Position numbers and translations under genes: made by a program | Notes under the pieces: model-generated | Seen by the model: only the letters and a program-made list of their open reading frames with translations | The model's database searches: none | Told to the model about the DNA's origin: nothing | Shown: positions 1 to 9,888 of the stretch, one piece after another | Position numbering within the stretch: position 1 is the first letter of the stretch | Layout: the number at the start of each line of letters is the position of its first letter | Source of the DNA: an uncultured Frankiaceae bacterium | GTDB taxonomy: Bacteria > Actinomycetota > Actinomycetes > BP-191 | Direction of reading: 5' to 3' | DNA length: 64,000 bases | Assembly: GCA_964651395.1 (NCBI GenBank) | Contig: CAZYXZ010000001.1 | Span: 15,274-79,273 of the forward strand

Positions 1-1102
1 CGCCTACGACCACTACCAGCCGGCACTGGTCGGGGCGGTCACCGGGCGCAGCGAGTTCTCCACGGCCTACACGCCCTACCAGCCGGAGATGAGCCAGGGC
101 GGGCTGCAGGCGCTGTTCGAGTTCCAGACGCTGGTCAGCGAGGTGCTCGGCCTGCCGGTCGCCAACGCCAGCCTGTACGACGGCGCCTCCGCGGTGGCCG
201 AGGGCGTCATTCTCTGTGCCGCCGCGACCGGCCGCACCCGCGTGGTGGTCGCCGGGCTGGTCGACCCGCGCTACCGCGAGGTGCTCGCCACCTACGCACC
301 CGGCCTCGACCTCGAGCTGGTCGACGTGCCCGCGGGCACCGGCGCGGTCGACCCGGCCGCCGTCCGCGCGGCCGCCGAGGGCGCAGCGGCGGGCGTGGTC
401 CAGCATCCCAACGCGGCCGGCGTCCTCGAGGACGTGCCCGGCCTGGCCGAGGCCGCGCACGCGGCCGGCGCCCGGCTGCTCGTCTCGTTCGACCCGCTGC
501 TGGCGGGCGTGCTCGAGCCGCCGGGGCGGCTGGGCGCGGACGTCGTCGTCGCCGACGGGCTGTCCGCCGGCAACACGCTCGGCTTCGGCGGCCCGGGCGT
601 CGGCCTGTTCGCCTGCCGCGACGAGGACGTCCGGCGCCTGCCCGGCCGGCTGGTCGGCGAGACCCGCGACCTCGAGGGCAAACGGGGCTTCGTCCTCACG
701 CTCCAGGCGCGCGAGCAGCACATCCGGCGCGAGAAGGCGACCAGCAACATCTGCACCAACCAGTCGCTCAACGCGCTGGCCACTGCGGTCTACCTGTCCT
801 GGCTCGGCCCGCAGGGGCTGACCGAGCTGGGGGAGGCCTGCCTGGCGGGCGCGGCGTACGCCGCCGAGCGGCTGGCCGGCGTACCCGGCGTCGAGCCGGC
901 CTTCCCCGACGCGGCCTTCGGCAAGGAGATCGCGCTGCGCGTCGCGGACCCCGACGGCACCGCCGAGCGGCTGGCCGCCGCCGGCTATCTCGTCGGCCCG
1001 GCCGTCGACCTCGGCGGCGAGCGGCTGCTGCTGCTCGCCGTGACCGAGCAACGGACGAAGGCCGACATCGACGGCCTGGTTGCCGCCTGGGGAGCGCTGT
1101 GA
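1..1102 (+). CDS. gcvPA: Glycine dehydrogenase (decarboxylating) subunit 1 (glycine cleavage P-protein, N-terminal subunit), 5'-truncated by the window edge
   Basis: Translation '...[48 protein letters not shown]...' is characteristic of GcvPA. The frame is open from position 1, and its stop overlaps the GTG of the next gene (GTGA). Confidence 0.85.
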   Translation, partial: AYDHYQPALVGAVTGRSEFSTAYTPYQPEMSQGGLQALFEFQTLVSEVLGLPVANASLYDGASAVAEGVILCAAATGRTRVVVAGLVDPRYREVLATYAPGLDLELVDVPAGTGAVDPAAVRAAAEGAAAGVVQHPNAAGVLEDVPGLAEAAHAAGARLLVSFDPLLAGVLEPPGRLGADVVVADGLSAGNTLGFGGPGVGLFACRDEDVRRLPGRLVGETRDLEGKRGFVLTLQAREQHIRREKATSNICTNQSLNALATAVYLSWLGPQGLTELGEACLAGAAYAAERLAGVPGVEPAFPDAAFGKEIALRVADPDGTAERLAAAGYLVGPAVDLGGERLLLLAVTEQRTKADIDGLVAAWGAL

Positions 1103-2580
1103 GCGCGGCGGGCGCGCCGGGTCCGGAGCTGCTGCTCTTCGAGCGGTCGCGGCCCGGGCGCCGCGCGTCGACGCTCAAGGCGACCGGGATCGAGCGGGCC
1201 GGCGCGGCGGAGCGGGTGCCTGCGGGCCTGCGGCGGACGGCGCCGATCGGGCTTCCGGAGATCGCCGAGCGCGACCTGGTCAGCCACTACACGCGCCTGG
1301 CCCACCGCAACTTCTCGATCGACGAGGGCTTCTACCCGCTCGGCTCGTGCTCGATGAAGTACAACCCGAAGATCGCCGAGACGGTGGCGGCGCTGCCCGG
1401 CTTCGCGCGGCTGCACCCAGCCCAGCCGGCGGAGCAGGTGCAGGGGATGCTCGAGCTGGTCGTCGAGCTCGAGCGGGGCCTGGCCACGCTGACCGGCCTC
1501 GACTCGGTCACCTTCCAGCCCGCGGCCGGCGCGCACGGCGAGCTGACCGGGCTGATGATCATCCGCAGGTACCTCGAGGACCAGGGCGACGTACGCCGTC
1601 GCGTCGTCATCCCCGACCAGGCGCACGGCACCAACCCGGCGTCGGTCCGCCTGGCCGGCTACGAGGTGTCCGAGGTCCCGAGCGACTCGCGCGGGCTGGT
1701 CGATCTCTCCGCTCTCGAGAAGCTGCTCGACACCGACGTGGCCGCACTGATGCTGACCAACCCCAACACCCTCGGCCTCTTCGACGAGAACATCGCCGAG
1801 ATCGGCCGGATGCTGCACGCGGTCGGCGCGAAGCTCTACTACGACGGCGCGAACTTCAACGCGATCCTGGGCCGGTGCCGGCCGGGCGACATGGGCTTCG
1901 ACGTCGTGCACATGAACCTGCACAAGACGTTCGCGACGCCGCACGGCGGCGGCGGTCCGGGCTCGGGCCCGGTCGCCGTCTCGGCCGAGCTCGCGCCGTA
2001 CCTGCCCGGCCCGATGCCGGCGCAGCTCTCCGATGGCACGTACGGGTGGCACACCCCGGCCCGTTCCATCGGCCGGGTGCACGGCTGGCACGGCAACATG
2101 GGCATCGACGTCCGCGCGTACTCGTACTTCGTCGGGCTCGGCGGTGACGGCCTGCGCCGGGTGAGCGAGCGCGCGGTGCTCAACGCCAACTACCTCATGC
2201 AGGCGCTGTCCCAGGACTACGACCTGCCCTACCCCGGACCGGTCATGCACGAGTTCGTGCTCAGCGCGCGGCGGCAGAAGAAGGCCACCGGGATCCGGGC
2301 GCTGGACGTGGCGAAGGCGCTGATCGACCGGCGGATCCACCCGATGACGGTGTACTTCCCGCTCATCGTGGACGAGGCGATGATGATCGAGCCGACCGAG
2401 ACCGAGTCCCGCGAGACGCTGGACGAGTTCATCGCGATCATGCGCGACATCGCGCGGCTGGCGGTGGAGGACCCGCAGGTGCTGCGGGACGCGCCGGTGA
2501 CGGCGCCGGTACGCCGGCTGGACGAGACGCGGGCGGCGCGGCAGCTCGTGCCGCGCTGGTGGCCTAGCGGGGAGAGCTAG
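1099..2580 (+). CDS. gcvPB: Glycine dehydrogenase (decarboxylating) subunit 2 (PLP-dependent)
   Basis: 493 aa; '[13 protein letters not shown]', '[18 protein letters not shown]' are typical GcvPB motifs. GTG start overlaps the gcvPA stop. Confidence 0.85.
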   Translation: MSAAGAPGPELLLFERSRPGRRASTLKATGIERAGAAERVPAGLRRTAPIGLPEIAERDLVSHYTRLAHRNFSIDEGFYPLGSCSMKYNPKIAETVAALPGFARLHPAQPAEQVQGMLELVVELERGLATLTGLDSVTFQPAAGAHGELTGLMIIRRYLEDQGDVRRRVVIPDQAHGTNPASVRLAGYEVSEVPSDSRGLVDLSALEKLLDTDVAALMLTNPNTLGLFDENIAEIGRMLHAVGAKLYYDGANFNAILGRCRPGDMGFDVVHMNLHKTFATPHGGGGPGSGPVAVSAELAPYLPGPMPAQLSDGTYGWHTPARSIGRVHGWHGNMGIDVRAYSYFVGLGGDGLRRVSERAVLNANYLMQALSQDYDLPYPGPVMHEFVLSARRQKKATGIRALDVAKALIDRRIHPMTVYFPLIVDEAMMIEPTETESRETLDEFIAIMRDIARLAVEDPQVLRDAPVTAPVRRLDETRAARQLVPRWWPSGES

Positions 2581-2777
2581 GCAGCACGGTGGCCGTTGGC
2601 GCGGCCGCAGGGGCCGCTGACCCGGCCGTCAGGCAGGATCTCGCCGGTGTCCTCGAAGACGACGACGCCGTTGCAGAGGAGGCTCCACCCCTGCTCGGGG
2701 TGGCAGGCGACCGTCTTGGCGGCGTCGTGGTCGACCGCGTCGGCGGGAGGACACTCGGGGCTGTGCGGGCACATCAT
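2577..2777 (-). CDS. Small Cys-containing hypothetical protein (66 aa)
   Basis: ORF with 5 Cys ('MMCPHSPECPP...CHPEQ...LLCNG...GPCGR'). It lies in the AT-richer gcvPB-pabB intergenic region. No family recognised. Confidence 0.3.
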   Translation of the reverse strand: MMCPHSPECPPADAVDHDAAKTVACHPEQGWSLLCNGVVVFEDTGEILPDGRVSGPCGRANGHRAA

Positions 2778-2978
2778 GACGCTTCTCTCGATCGCAGTTC
2801 TTCTTGCCTCTTTGCCATCATCGGCAGGTCCGCCGAGATGGGTAATGGCCTTAACGTCTCAATTGGACATCACCCAAAATGACCATCTCGGGCATTTCCG
2901 GTCGAGGTGCACAATCCGTCACCCGGAGTTCGGGCGGTGGACAACCCCTCGAAGCCGTAACGACAGGAAGGACGACCG

Positions 2979-4157
2979 GTGACGGTTCCTGGCCTTCCTG
3001 TGACCTTGCGGGGGCGCCTGCACGAGCGCGCCCGCTGGGAGTGGCGGGCTGCTGACGGCGGTGACCCGCTGGCGGCGATCGAGGGCTTTCTCGCCGCCGA
3101 AGGGCTGGATCTGCGTGACCTGACCCGCCCGGCAGGCCCCGGTACGGGGGCACCGGTGGGGGCGGCGCTGCTGCTCGGCGCGCAGGCCGGTCCGCCGGAG
3201 ACACGCATGTCCGCACGTCCCTCACCGTGCGCCGGCGTGCCCGACGCGGCGGTCGTCGTCTACGGCCGGGCGCCCTACGCGCGTCGCGAGAGCACCGGAC
3301 CGGGCGAGCTGGGGCCGTGGCAGGGGTCGTGGACGCCCGAGGAGCACGCCGCCGCCGTTATGTCAGTCCGCGACGCGATCGGCCGGGGTGATGTCTACCA
3401 GGCGAACGTTGTCGGCCATCGCAGCGCCGCCTTCTCCGGCGACCCCGCGGCGGTCGGCCGCGCGCTGTCCGGCGTACCGGACGCGCCGTACGCCGGATCG
3501 CTGGCCGGCGAGGGGTGGGCCGTGCACAGCGCGTCGCCCGAGCTGTTCCTGTCAGTGAGGGGCGGGCTCGCCCGCACTCGGCCGATCAAGGGCACGGCAC
3601 CGAGAGGCGTGGGCCCGGCGGACCTGGCCGGCCGCCGCGCGCTCCGGGCGAGCGCGAAGGACCGCGCCGAGCACGTGATGATCGTGGACCTCGAGCGCAA
3701 CGACCTGGCGCGGGTCGCGCGCACGGGCGGCGTCCGGGTGGACGAGCTCTACGCCGTCCGCCCGCTGGCCGGCGTGTGGCACGCGGAGTCGACCGTCACC
3801 GCTGACCTCCGCGACGGCGTGGGGCTGGCCGAGCTGCTCGGGGCCACGTTCCCCGGTGGCTCGGTGACCGGCGCGCCCAAGCTCGCCGCGCTCGCCGAGA
3901 TCGCGCGCCTCGAGGCGGTCGGCCGCGGGCCGTCGATGGGCGCGCTGGGCTGGGTGGGCGCCGACGGCAGCGTCCTGCTCGGGCTCACCATCCGCACGGT
4001 CGCCGTCGCGGACGGCCGGTGCCACCTGTGGGCGGGCGGCGGCATCACGTGGGGGAGCGACCCGGCCGGCGAGGTGGCGGAGGCCGACGCGAAGGCGGCC
4101 CCGCTGCTCGCCGCGCTCGGCGTACTGGCCGCGGACGCGCAGTCGGGGACGGCCTAG
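2979..4157 (+). CDS. Chorismate-binding enzyme, aminodeoxychorismate synthase / anthranilate synthase component I-like
   Basis: 392 aa; 'GDVYQANV', 'MIVDLERNDLARV', 'TFPGGSVTGAPK' and a 'GGGITWGSDP' C-terminus are typical of the PabB/TrpE family. GTG start preceded by AGGAAGGA. Confidence 0.75.
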   Translation: MTVPGLPVTLRGRLHERARWEWRAADGGDPLAAIEGFLAAEGLDLRDLTRPAGPGTGAPVGAALLLGAQAGPPETRMSARPSPCAGVPDAAVVVYGRAPYARRESTGPGELGPWQGSWTPEEHAAAVMSVRDAIGRGDVYQANVVGHRSAAFSGDPAAVGRALSGVPDAPYAGSLAGEGWAVHSASPELFLSVRGGLARTRPIKGTAPRGVGPADLAGRRALRASAKDRAEHVMIVDLERNDLARVARTGGVRVDELYAVRPLAGVWHAESTVTADLRDGVGLAELLGATFPGGSVTGAPKLAALAEIARLEAVGRGPSMGALGWVGADGSVLLGLTIRTVAVADGRCHLWAGGGITWGSDPAGEVAEADAKAAPLLAALGVLAADAQSGTA

Positions 4158-4160
4158 CGA

Positions 4161-4391
4161 CTAGCGGCGCAGCCGGTCGGCGAGCCAGCCGGCGAGGAAG
4201 CCGACGGCCGCGGCGACGACGATGGCCCAGGCGAGCTCGGTGTTCGCGGTCATCCAGAGGAACTTCACGCTGGCGTCGCGGAAGTTCTGCGCGACGAAGG
4301 TCACCAGCAGCAGGAGAACGACGCCGAGCCCGATCAGCCGGAGGTTGTTGCTTTCGTCGGGCAGCTTCGGGTCCTTCTCATCTCTACTCAT
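4161..4391 (-). CDS. Small membrane protein, LapA/DUF1049-like
   Basis: 76 aa from internal ATG 'MSRDEKDPKLPDESNNLRLIGLGVVLLLLVTFVAQNFRDASVKFLW...', with one TM helix. The longer ORF's upstream extension is R/P-rich and looks non-coding. Confidence 0.5.
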   Translation of the reverse strand: MSRDEKDPKLPDESNNLRLIGLGVVLLLLVTFVAQNFRDASVKFLWMTANTELAWAIVVAAAVGFLAGWLADRLRR

Positions 4392-4420
4392 GGCTTCCTC
4401 GTCTCCCTTCCTGCCTGCAG

Positions 4421-4911
4421 TTACGTCCGCCCATCCTTCTCCTGCGCCTGGTGCAGCGTCTTGCCATGGGGTACCCACTGCGCCATCTCGACCGGCCAGC
4501 CGGCGGCGGTCACCTCGGCGCACACGTCCGGGTCGTCGTCGAGGACCAGCACGATCTCGCCCAGCTCGCTGATCCGGCGCAGCTCGTCGACCTTGGTACG
4601 CCGGGCCGGCCGGTGGTCGCGGTTGCCGCGCATGACGAGGGGCCGCCCGCCGATGCCGTGCCGGGCCAGCCAGCGCTCCGTGTCGTCGCGCAGCCACTCG
4701 GGCCGGCCGGTCAGGTAGACCACCTCGTGGTCGTCGAGGAGGGACCGCACCCGGTCGACGCCCTCGGAGATCGGCGGGTCGTCGACGGCGCCAAGAAAAA
4801 AGGAGTGCCAGTCCTTCGGCCGTCGCTCGATGTGGTGCAGCCGGTGCCGGACGTCGGCGACGACGCCGTCGATGTCGATGACGGCGATGGGGCGCGGCGT
4901 ACCGGGCATGC
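4421..4911 (-). CDS. HAD-superfamily phosphatase-like protein (PNK 3'-phosphatase-like)
   Basis: Start at 'MPGTPRPIAVIDIDGVVADV...' has a DxDGV HAD motif I, followed by '...VYLTGRPE...LVLDDDPDV...'. The upstream part of the 288-aa ORF is compositionally non-coding. Confidence 0.55.
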
Positions 4912-4942
4912 CCGGCAGCCTATGTGCACTAGCGTCTGCCGC

Positions 4943-5314
4943 ATGGGACCGGACGCGTTCGCGGCGCTGCTGGGTATCAGCGTGAGCCGCGGCGGCCAGC
5001 ACAGCGCGACCGCCACGGTCGAGGTGACCGCCGACCATCTCAACCCCAACGGCCAGGGACATGGCGGGCTGACGTTCGCGGTCGCGAGCGCCGCGCTGGC
5101 GGCAGCGGCCAACGACGAGCAGTACAGCGGCGTGGCCACCTCGGTGCACGTCGACTACGTGCGGCCGGCGAGCCTCGGCGACACGCTCGTCGCCGAGACC
5201 GAGCTCGAGGAGCGGCTCGACCGCGAGGACCTGTTCGCCGTGCGGGTGCTGCGGCAGTCCGACGGCGCGCTGGTCGCGCGCGGTCACGCGCGGATGACGC
5301 GGCGGCCGCGCTAG
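4943..5314 (+). CDS. PaaI-family (hotdog-fold) thioesterase
   Basis: C-terminal 124 aa of the long ORF: 'MGPDAFAALLGISVSRGGQHSATATVEVTADHLNPNGQGHGGLTFAVASAALAAAAN...'. Typical PaaI thioesterase. Confidence 0.65.
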   Translation: MGPDAFAALLGISVSRGGQHSATATVEVTADHLNPNGQGHGGLTFAVASAALAAAANDEQYSGVATSVHVDYVRPASLGDTLVAETELEERLDREDLFAVRVLRQSDGALVARGHARMTRRPR

Positions 5315-6724
5315 CTACGGCGCCCGCGAGGCGTGGAGGTTGTTGGCGGCGTAGAGCAGCTCGGCCTCGCTGAGGTCACCGCTGATCGTCACGACGAGTC
5401 CGTTCTCGCGGACCAGCCAGAGGTGCGGCGTCGCCCGCGGGTGGATCACGACGTGGGCGGTGAGCCCGGCGTAGTCGCCGCCGGTGAGGACGACGTCGTA
5501 GCCGGCCGGCTCGAAGCCCTCACCGGGAGCCAGCGGGTCCTGCCAGCCGTGGTCACAGCCGGGGCAGTCCGGCGGGCTGTGCCGGTCGGGGTTCTGCGCG
5601 CGCGTGGTGATCAGCGCCTGGGCCAGGCCACGCCCGTACGTCTGCTGCGTCGCCCGGTCGGTGAGCGGGTTGAGCCCTTCCGCGCCAGTGGTCTGGCTTC
5701 GGGTCGCCCACGCCCCTGCCGACGGCTCGAGGTCGGCCGGCAGGATCGTCTGCGGGACGCGGTAGCCGACCGGGGTGTCGATCGCACTGATAGGCCCACC
5801 CCGGGTCCAGCCGGCGTCCTCGCCGCCGCTGAGCGTGTAGCTCAGCTTGGCCACACTCGACGACATCGAGGTGACGTCGAAGTCGATGACCTTCTTCGCG
5901 CCGACGAACTCCTCGACACCGACGACCACACCGGTCTCCTGGTCGAGCCAGACCGTGGCGCTCTGGCCACCGCTGCCGCCGATGCTGTTGCGGATGACGG
6001 GAACTGTCGTCTTCCAGGCCGGTCGGTCGCCGCTGCCGTAGCTGGTCGTCGTCACGGTCGCGCGCCCACTGGCGACGAGCGCTCGCACGTACGAGCCCAA
6101 CGTGGTCTGCGCGAAGTCGTCGACGATGCCGCGACCGGACGGATCGGGTGCTGCCAGCGCCAGGCCACGCTCGACGCGGTCGGGCGTCCCGTCCTGGCGG
6201 TAGCGGACTACTCCGTCGCGGAGCTGGACGGAGAACGTCACGCCGGCGCTGTTCGTGTAGTCGAGGTCCGCGCTGCCGTCGGCGTGCCGGTTGAGGCCGA
6301 ACTCGACCGGGTCCGCGTCCAGCCCGTCGCCGAGGTCGCGCCGCAGGGTGCCCACCGTCCGCGTGGACTCGGTGTGGACGAGCGCGAAGCGCATCTCCTC
6401 GGCCAGCCGCTGGCCCGGCGTGAGGCTCGAGGCAGCCGGTGGGCCGGTGGGCGGTCCGATCACCACCGGCGGCTGCGACGGCGGCTGGGTGGCCGGGGCC
6501 ACCGGCTTCTCGGCGGTCAGCGTGGAGCGGATGGCGTTGCCGCCGACGACCAGGCTCACGACGGCGGCGGCGGCGACCAGCGGCACGAGCCAGGCCGGCG
6601 ACGTACGCCGTCCGGGCACCGCCGGCAGCTGCGCGCGGAGGTCGTCGAAGAAGCCCGCCTCGGGTGGGGGCACGGGCAGGGCGCGCAGCGCGGCACCCAG
6701 CTCGTGGTCGCGGGTCTCGGTCAT
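5315..6724 (-). CDS. Anti-sigma factor, single-pass membrane protein with large extracytoplasmic domain
   Basis: Start 'MTETRDHELGAALRALP...'; TM segment 'AWLVPLVAAAAVVSLVVGG'. Its ATG overlaps the stop of the upstream ECF sigma factor (ATGA). Confidence 0.6.
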   Translation of the reverse strand: MTETRDHELGAALRALPVPPPEAGFFDDLRAQLPAVPGRRTSPAWLVPLVAAAAVVSLVVGGNAIRSTLTAEKPVAPATQPPSQPPVVIGPPTGPPAASSLTPGQRLAEEMRFALVHTESTRTVGTLRRDLGDGLDADPVEFGLNRHADGSADLDYTNSAGVTFSVQLRDGVVRYRQDGTPDRVERGLALAAPDPSGRGIVDDFAQTTLGSYVRALVASGRATVTTTSYGSGDRPAWKTTVPVIRNSIGGSGGQSATVWLDQETGVVVGVEEFVGAKKVIDFDVTSMSSSVAKLSYTLSGGEDAGWTRGGPISAIDTPVGYRVPQTILPADLEPSAGAWATRSQTTGAEGLNPLTDRATQQTYGRGLAQALITTRAQNPDRHSPPDCPGCDHGWQDPLAPGEGFEPAGYDVVLTGGDYAGLTAHVVIHPRATPHLWLVRENGLVVTISGDLSEAELLYAANNLHASRAP

Positions 6725-7251
6725 CGGGAGCCTCCCTGCAGGGTCGTGCGCAGTGCCGCGCGTCCGCGCGACACCCGCGACCCGACGGTGCCGACGGCGA
6801 CGCCGAGCACCTCGGCGGCCGCGGCGTAGTCGAAGCCCTGCGCGTCCACGAGCAGAACAGCCGCGCGAACGTCCGCGGGGAGTGCCGCGAGCGCGGCGGC
6901 GAGGTCGCCGCGGGCGGCCGCGACGTCCGCCGGGTCGGGGGCGGGCGACGGCAGCTCGTGCACGAGCTCGAGCGGCGCGGCCTTCGTACGGCCTCGCCGC
7001 CGGAGCTCGTCGACGCAGGTGTTGTAGGCGATGCGGTACAGCCACGTGGTGGCCGCGGCATCGCCACGGAACCCCCCGGCCGAGCGGTACGCCTTCAGGT
7101 ACACGTCCTGCATCAGGTCGTCGAGGCCGTCCGGCCCGACCATCCGGTGCACCAGCGCGCGCACGGCGCCGTCGTGGCGGCGTACGTAGGCGACGAAGGC
7201 GTCGGGGTCGGTCGGCGGGGCGTCCGCCTGCGCTTCCGCGAGCACGGTCAT
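6721..7251 (-). CDS. ECF (sigma-70 family) RNA polymerase sigma factor
   Basis: 176 aa 'MTVLAEAQ...LMQDVYLKAYRSAGGFRG...WLYRIAYNTCVDELRRR...VLLVDAQGFDYAAAAEVLGVAVGTVGSRVSRGRAAL'. Sigma-70 regions 2 and 4. Confidence 0.8.
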   Translation of the reverse strand: MTVLAEAQADAPPTDPDAFVAYVRRHDGAVRALVHRMVGPDGLDDLMQDVYLKAYRSAGGFRGDAAATTWLYRIAYNTCVDELRRRGRTKAAPLELVHELPSPAPDPADVAAARGDLAAALAALPADVRAAVLLVDAQGFDYAAAAEVLGVAVGTVGSRVSRGRAALRTTLQGGSR

Positions 7252-7283
7252 GTCGGGTTGGACGCCGTCCGCCCCGGAATCCT

Positions 7284-8477
7284 TCACCGCGACTTTCCGG
7301 CCGCGCCGTGCTTCCTGAGGAAGTCGGTGAGCGCCGGAAGCAGAGTTGTGCGGCTCTCGGTCCCCATCAACATCGACACGTGCCCGCCCGGGCAGCGCAC
7401 CACCGCCGGCTCCGCGGGCAGCAGCCGGGTCAGCGCGAGCGAGGAGGCGATGGGGACGATGTGGTCCCGGTCGGTCACCGCCACGAGCACGGGCAGATCG
7501 ACCGCGGCCAGGTCCACGGGGGCACCACCGACGGTGAGCTCCCCGCCCACCATGGTGTTGCCGCGGTAGAGGTCGACGATGTCGAAGGCCAGCCGACCGG
7601 CGAGCGGCCGCTGCTCCCAGGCCCACCGGTCGAGCGCACCGGTGATCTGCTGGAACTCGCGGTCGCTGCGCCGCCGTAGGCGCGCCAGAGTCAGGAGCAC
7701 TGTCTTGCGGCGCAGCACGTGGAAGGCCTCGCGCAGCACCCACGGCGGCACGCGCCCGGTCCCGTCGAGGGCGAGCACCGGTGTGAGGGTCGGGCTGCGC
7801 AGGATGTCGCCCATCCCGCCGGGGACCTGCGTGTCGACGGGCGGGGCGATGAGGCTCAGCGACGCGACCGGCCCCGCGCCGTACGCCGCCGTCGTGGCGA
7901 GCGCGAGGGTCGCGCCCATGCAGTAGCCGACGACGTGCACCCGCCCGGTCGGCGACCGGTGGGCCAGCTCGCGGATCGCCGCGCCGAGCAGCTCGGCGCT
8001 CTCGTCCCAGCCGACGCCCGGGACGGCCGCCGGGGCCGGGTCGCCCCAGTCGAGCAGATGGGTGTCCAGACCTGCGTCGCGCAGGCCGGCCACGAGGCTG
8101 CGTCCGGGCATCAGGTCGAGGATCCAGGGTCGCGTGATCAGCGAGTGCACCACCAGCACCGGCTCCGCGGGGCCCGTCGGGGGCGGATCCGAGCGGGTCA
8201 CGGTCGCGGTGCCGGCTGCCCAGACCAGCGACGCCGGGGTGGCGAGGTGCGCGCGCGGAGGGCCGGGGAGGAGCCGGTTCAGGACGTGCGGCCACGACGG
8301 GAACCAGAGCCCGATCCGGAGTGCGGCGGAGCGGACGTCGCGGAAGACCCGGATCGGGTAAGAGCGGTGCAGCAGTCTGCGGTCCGTGGTCCGGGCCCGC
8401 GCCAAGGCCGCGGCCGCGAGGAGTACCCCGTCCACCACGATGAGCAGGAGCGCTGCGACCGACGTCGCATCCCTCAC
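7284..8477 (-). CDS. Alpha/beta-hydrolase, PHA synthase (PhaC)-like with Cys-type lipase box
   Basis: 'VVGYCMGATLA' matches the G-x-C-x-G lipase box typical of PHA synthases. Likely GTG start overlapping the upstream methyltransferase stop. Confidence 0.55.
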   Translation of the reverse strand: MRDATSVAALLLIVVDGVLLAAAALARARTTDRRLLHRSYPIRVFRDVRSAALRIGLWFPSWPHVLNRLLPGPPRAHLATPASLVWAAGTATVTRSDPPPTGPAEPVLVVHSLITRPWILDLMPGRSLVAGLRDAGLDTHLLDWGDPAPAAVPGVGWDESAELLGAAIRELAHRSPTGRVHVVGYCMGATLALATTAAYGAGPVASLSLIAPPVDTQVPGGMGDILRSPTLTPVLALDGTGRVPPWVLREAFHVLRRKTVLLTLARLRRRSDREFQQITGALDRWAWEQRPLAGRLAFDIVDLYRGNTMVGGELTVGGAPVDLAAVDLPVLVAVTDRDHIVPIASSLALTRLLPAEPAVVRCPGGHVSMLMGTESRTTLLPALTDFLRKHGAAGKSR

Positions 8478-9028
8478 GGTCGGGGCTGCCGGTGCACGGA
8501 GACCGCGTAGTCGCCGGATGCGTAGGGCTCGCGGTCCCACGTGGCGTAGCGCTCGGCCGGCTCGAGCCCGGCCGCGACGGCCTCGGCGTCAAAGTCCGCT
8601 ACCGCGTACCCGCGGTCTGTGGAGAACCCGGCGACGAGGAGGCCGCCGGGGGAGACGTGTCGCGCGCAGCCGGCGATGAGGGCAGCCGTCGTACCGGGCG
8701 GAGTGAACAGCGGGACGTTGCCGGCCATGACCACGAGGTCGAAGGTGCGGCCGAGGTCGAGCGCGGCCAGGTCACTGCGCAGCCAGGTCAGCTCCGGGGC
8801 GCGCCGTCGGGCCTCGTCGATCATCGAGGCATCGGCGTCCACGCCGACGACGTCGACACCGCGCCTGGCCAGCTCGATCGCGACGCGTCCGGTGCCGCAC
8901 CCCGCGTCGAGGACAGACCGCGGTGCGTACGCCATGACGAAGTGCGCTTCCCCGTGGACGTCGACGCCGGAGGCGGCGAGCGCGTCGAAGCGTTCCTGGT
9001 AGCGCTGCCCGTCCCATTCGGTGGTCAC
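8474..9028 (-). CDS. SAM-dependent methyltransferase
   Basis: 'VLDAGCGTGRVAIELARRGVDVVGVDADASMID' is a class I MTase motif I. Confidence 0.7.
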   Translation of the reverse strand: MTTEWDGQRYQERFDALAASGVDVHGEAHFVMAYAPRSVLDAGCGTGRVAIELARRGVDVVGVDADASMIDEARRRAPELTWLRSDLAALDLGRTFDLVVMAGNVPLFTPPGTTAALIAGCARHVSPGGLLVAGFSTDRGYAVADFDAEAVAAGLEPAERYATWDREPYASGDYAVSVHRQPRP

Positions 9029-9128
9029 CCCGTAAGGCTACGGGTCGTGCGGGCGTCTCCGTCGCCGGAACATGCGGCCGGCCCGGCCGTCGGGTCACGA
9101 CGGGCCGGGCCGGCCGAGGAGCCGTAGG

Positions 9129-9707
9129 TCAGCCTCCCAGCAGGCCGCCGACGGTCGACGTGACGAGGCCGGTCACCTGACCCACGACGCCGGCGTCCGG
9201 TGCCGGGACCGGCAGGGCGTCCGGCGCGGGCAGTGGCAGGTCGGGCACGGCAGGAACATCCGCCGGAGGCGCGACGGTCACCAGGGCGGCGTCGCAGTCG
9301 TTCGCCTCAGCGGGGCAGTCCGGGTCGGAGAGGACGCCGGCGGTGACCAGCGGGTCGAGGGCTCGGGCCACGAGGTTGCCCGGGGTGTAGTCCTCGGCGT
9401 AGACCTGGGCGCCGGCTGTGCCGCCGGACACGCCGACCCGGCCGAGCGCGGTGCCGTCACCCTCGTTGCCGACCTGGACGAACGCGTAGCCGGTCCCGCC
9501 GGCATCCGCGCCGGCGCCGACCTTGACGCCCTGCTGGTCCACGAGTGCGGCCTGACCCGCAGTCGGGTCGGCCGGGTTCGCGCCGTCGTCCACACCCTGA
9601 CCGAAGTCGACGGGCACGGGAGGGGCCGCGGGAAGTGCGAGGGCCACCGCGGCGGCTGCCGGGGCCAGGGGGATCGCAAAGGCGACTACCACGAGAAGCT
9701 TGCGCAT
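9129..9707 (-). CDS. Secreted Ala/Pro-rich hypothetical protein
   Basis: Start at 'MRKLLVVVAFAIPLAPAAAAVALA' (signal peptide). Low-complexity Ala/Pro-rich mature region. Confidence 0.45.
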   Translation of the reverse strand: MRKLLVVVAFAIPLAPAAAAVALALPAAPPVPVDFGQGVDDGANPADPTAGQAALVDQQGVKVGAGADAGGTGYAFVQVGNEGDGTALGRVGVSGGTAGAQVYAEDYTPGNLVARALDPLVTAGVLSDPDCPAEANDCDAALVTVAPPADVPAVPDLPLPAPDALPVPAPDAGVVGQVTGLVTSTVGGLLGG

Positions 9708-9888
9708 TGCGCTGCCTTCCGTCGTGACTAGGGCTGTCTGCCCGAGTCGGGTGCAGGGACTAGACACCCCCGTGCAGCTGCGGCGGAGAGCAATAGCCGC
9801 ATCTGCTGATCTATGCGCACCTTGCGACGGAACGGGTGGCAGTTCCATGACTACTCGGGGTGGTTTCCGCCTGGTCAGTAGTGACTAG

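Noticed and set aside
985-2340. 451-aa minus-strand ORF (and 1080-2147 plus-strand, 355 aa) overlapping gcvPA/gcvPB
   Set aside because: Antisense or off-frame to two strongly supported genes. Arg/Pro/Gly-dominated composition is typical of wrong-frame translation in 70% GC DNA.
4019-5314. 431-aa plus-strand ORF
   Set aside because: Only the C-terminal 124 aa (PaaI thioesterase) look protein-like. The N-terminal about 300 aa are Arg/Gly/Pro junk antisense to the LapA-like and HAD genes.
5333-7679. Several long ORFs (5333-6829 +, 5553-7067 -, 6291-7679 +, 6439-7569 +) overlapping the sigma/anti-sigma genes
   Set aside because: Extremely Arg/Gly/Pro-rich, with no domain signatures. The anti-sigma and ECF sigma frames have recognisable motifs and coupled start/stop codons.
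6721-8592. 623-aa minus ORF spanning sigma factor through the PhaC-like gene region
   Set aside because: Only the last 176 codons (from MTVLAEAQ) encode the sigma factor. The upstream part is out-of-frame read-through over the PhaC-like gene (a different frame, 7284-8477).
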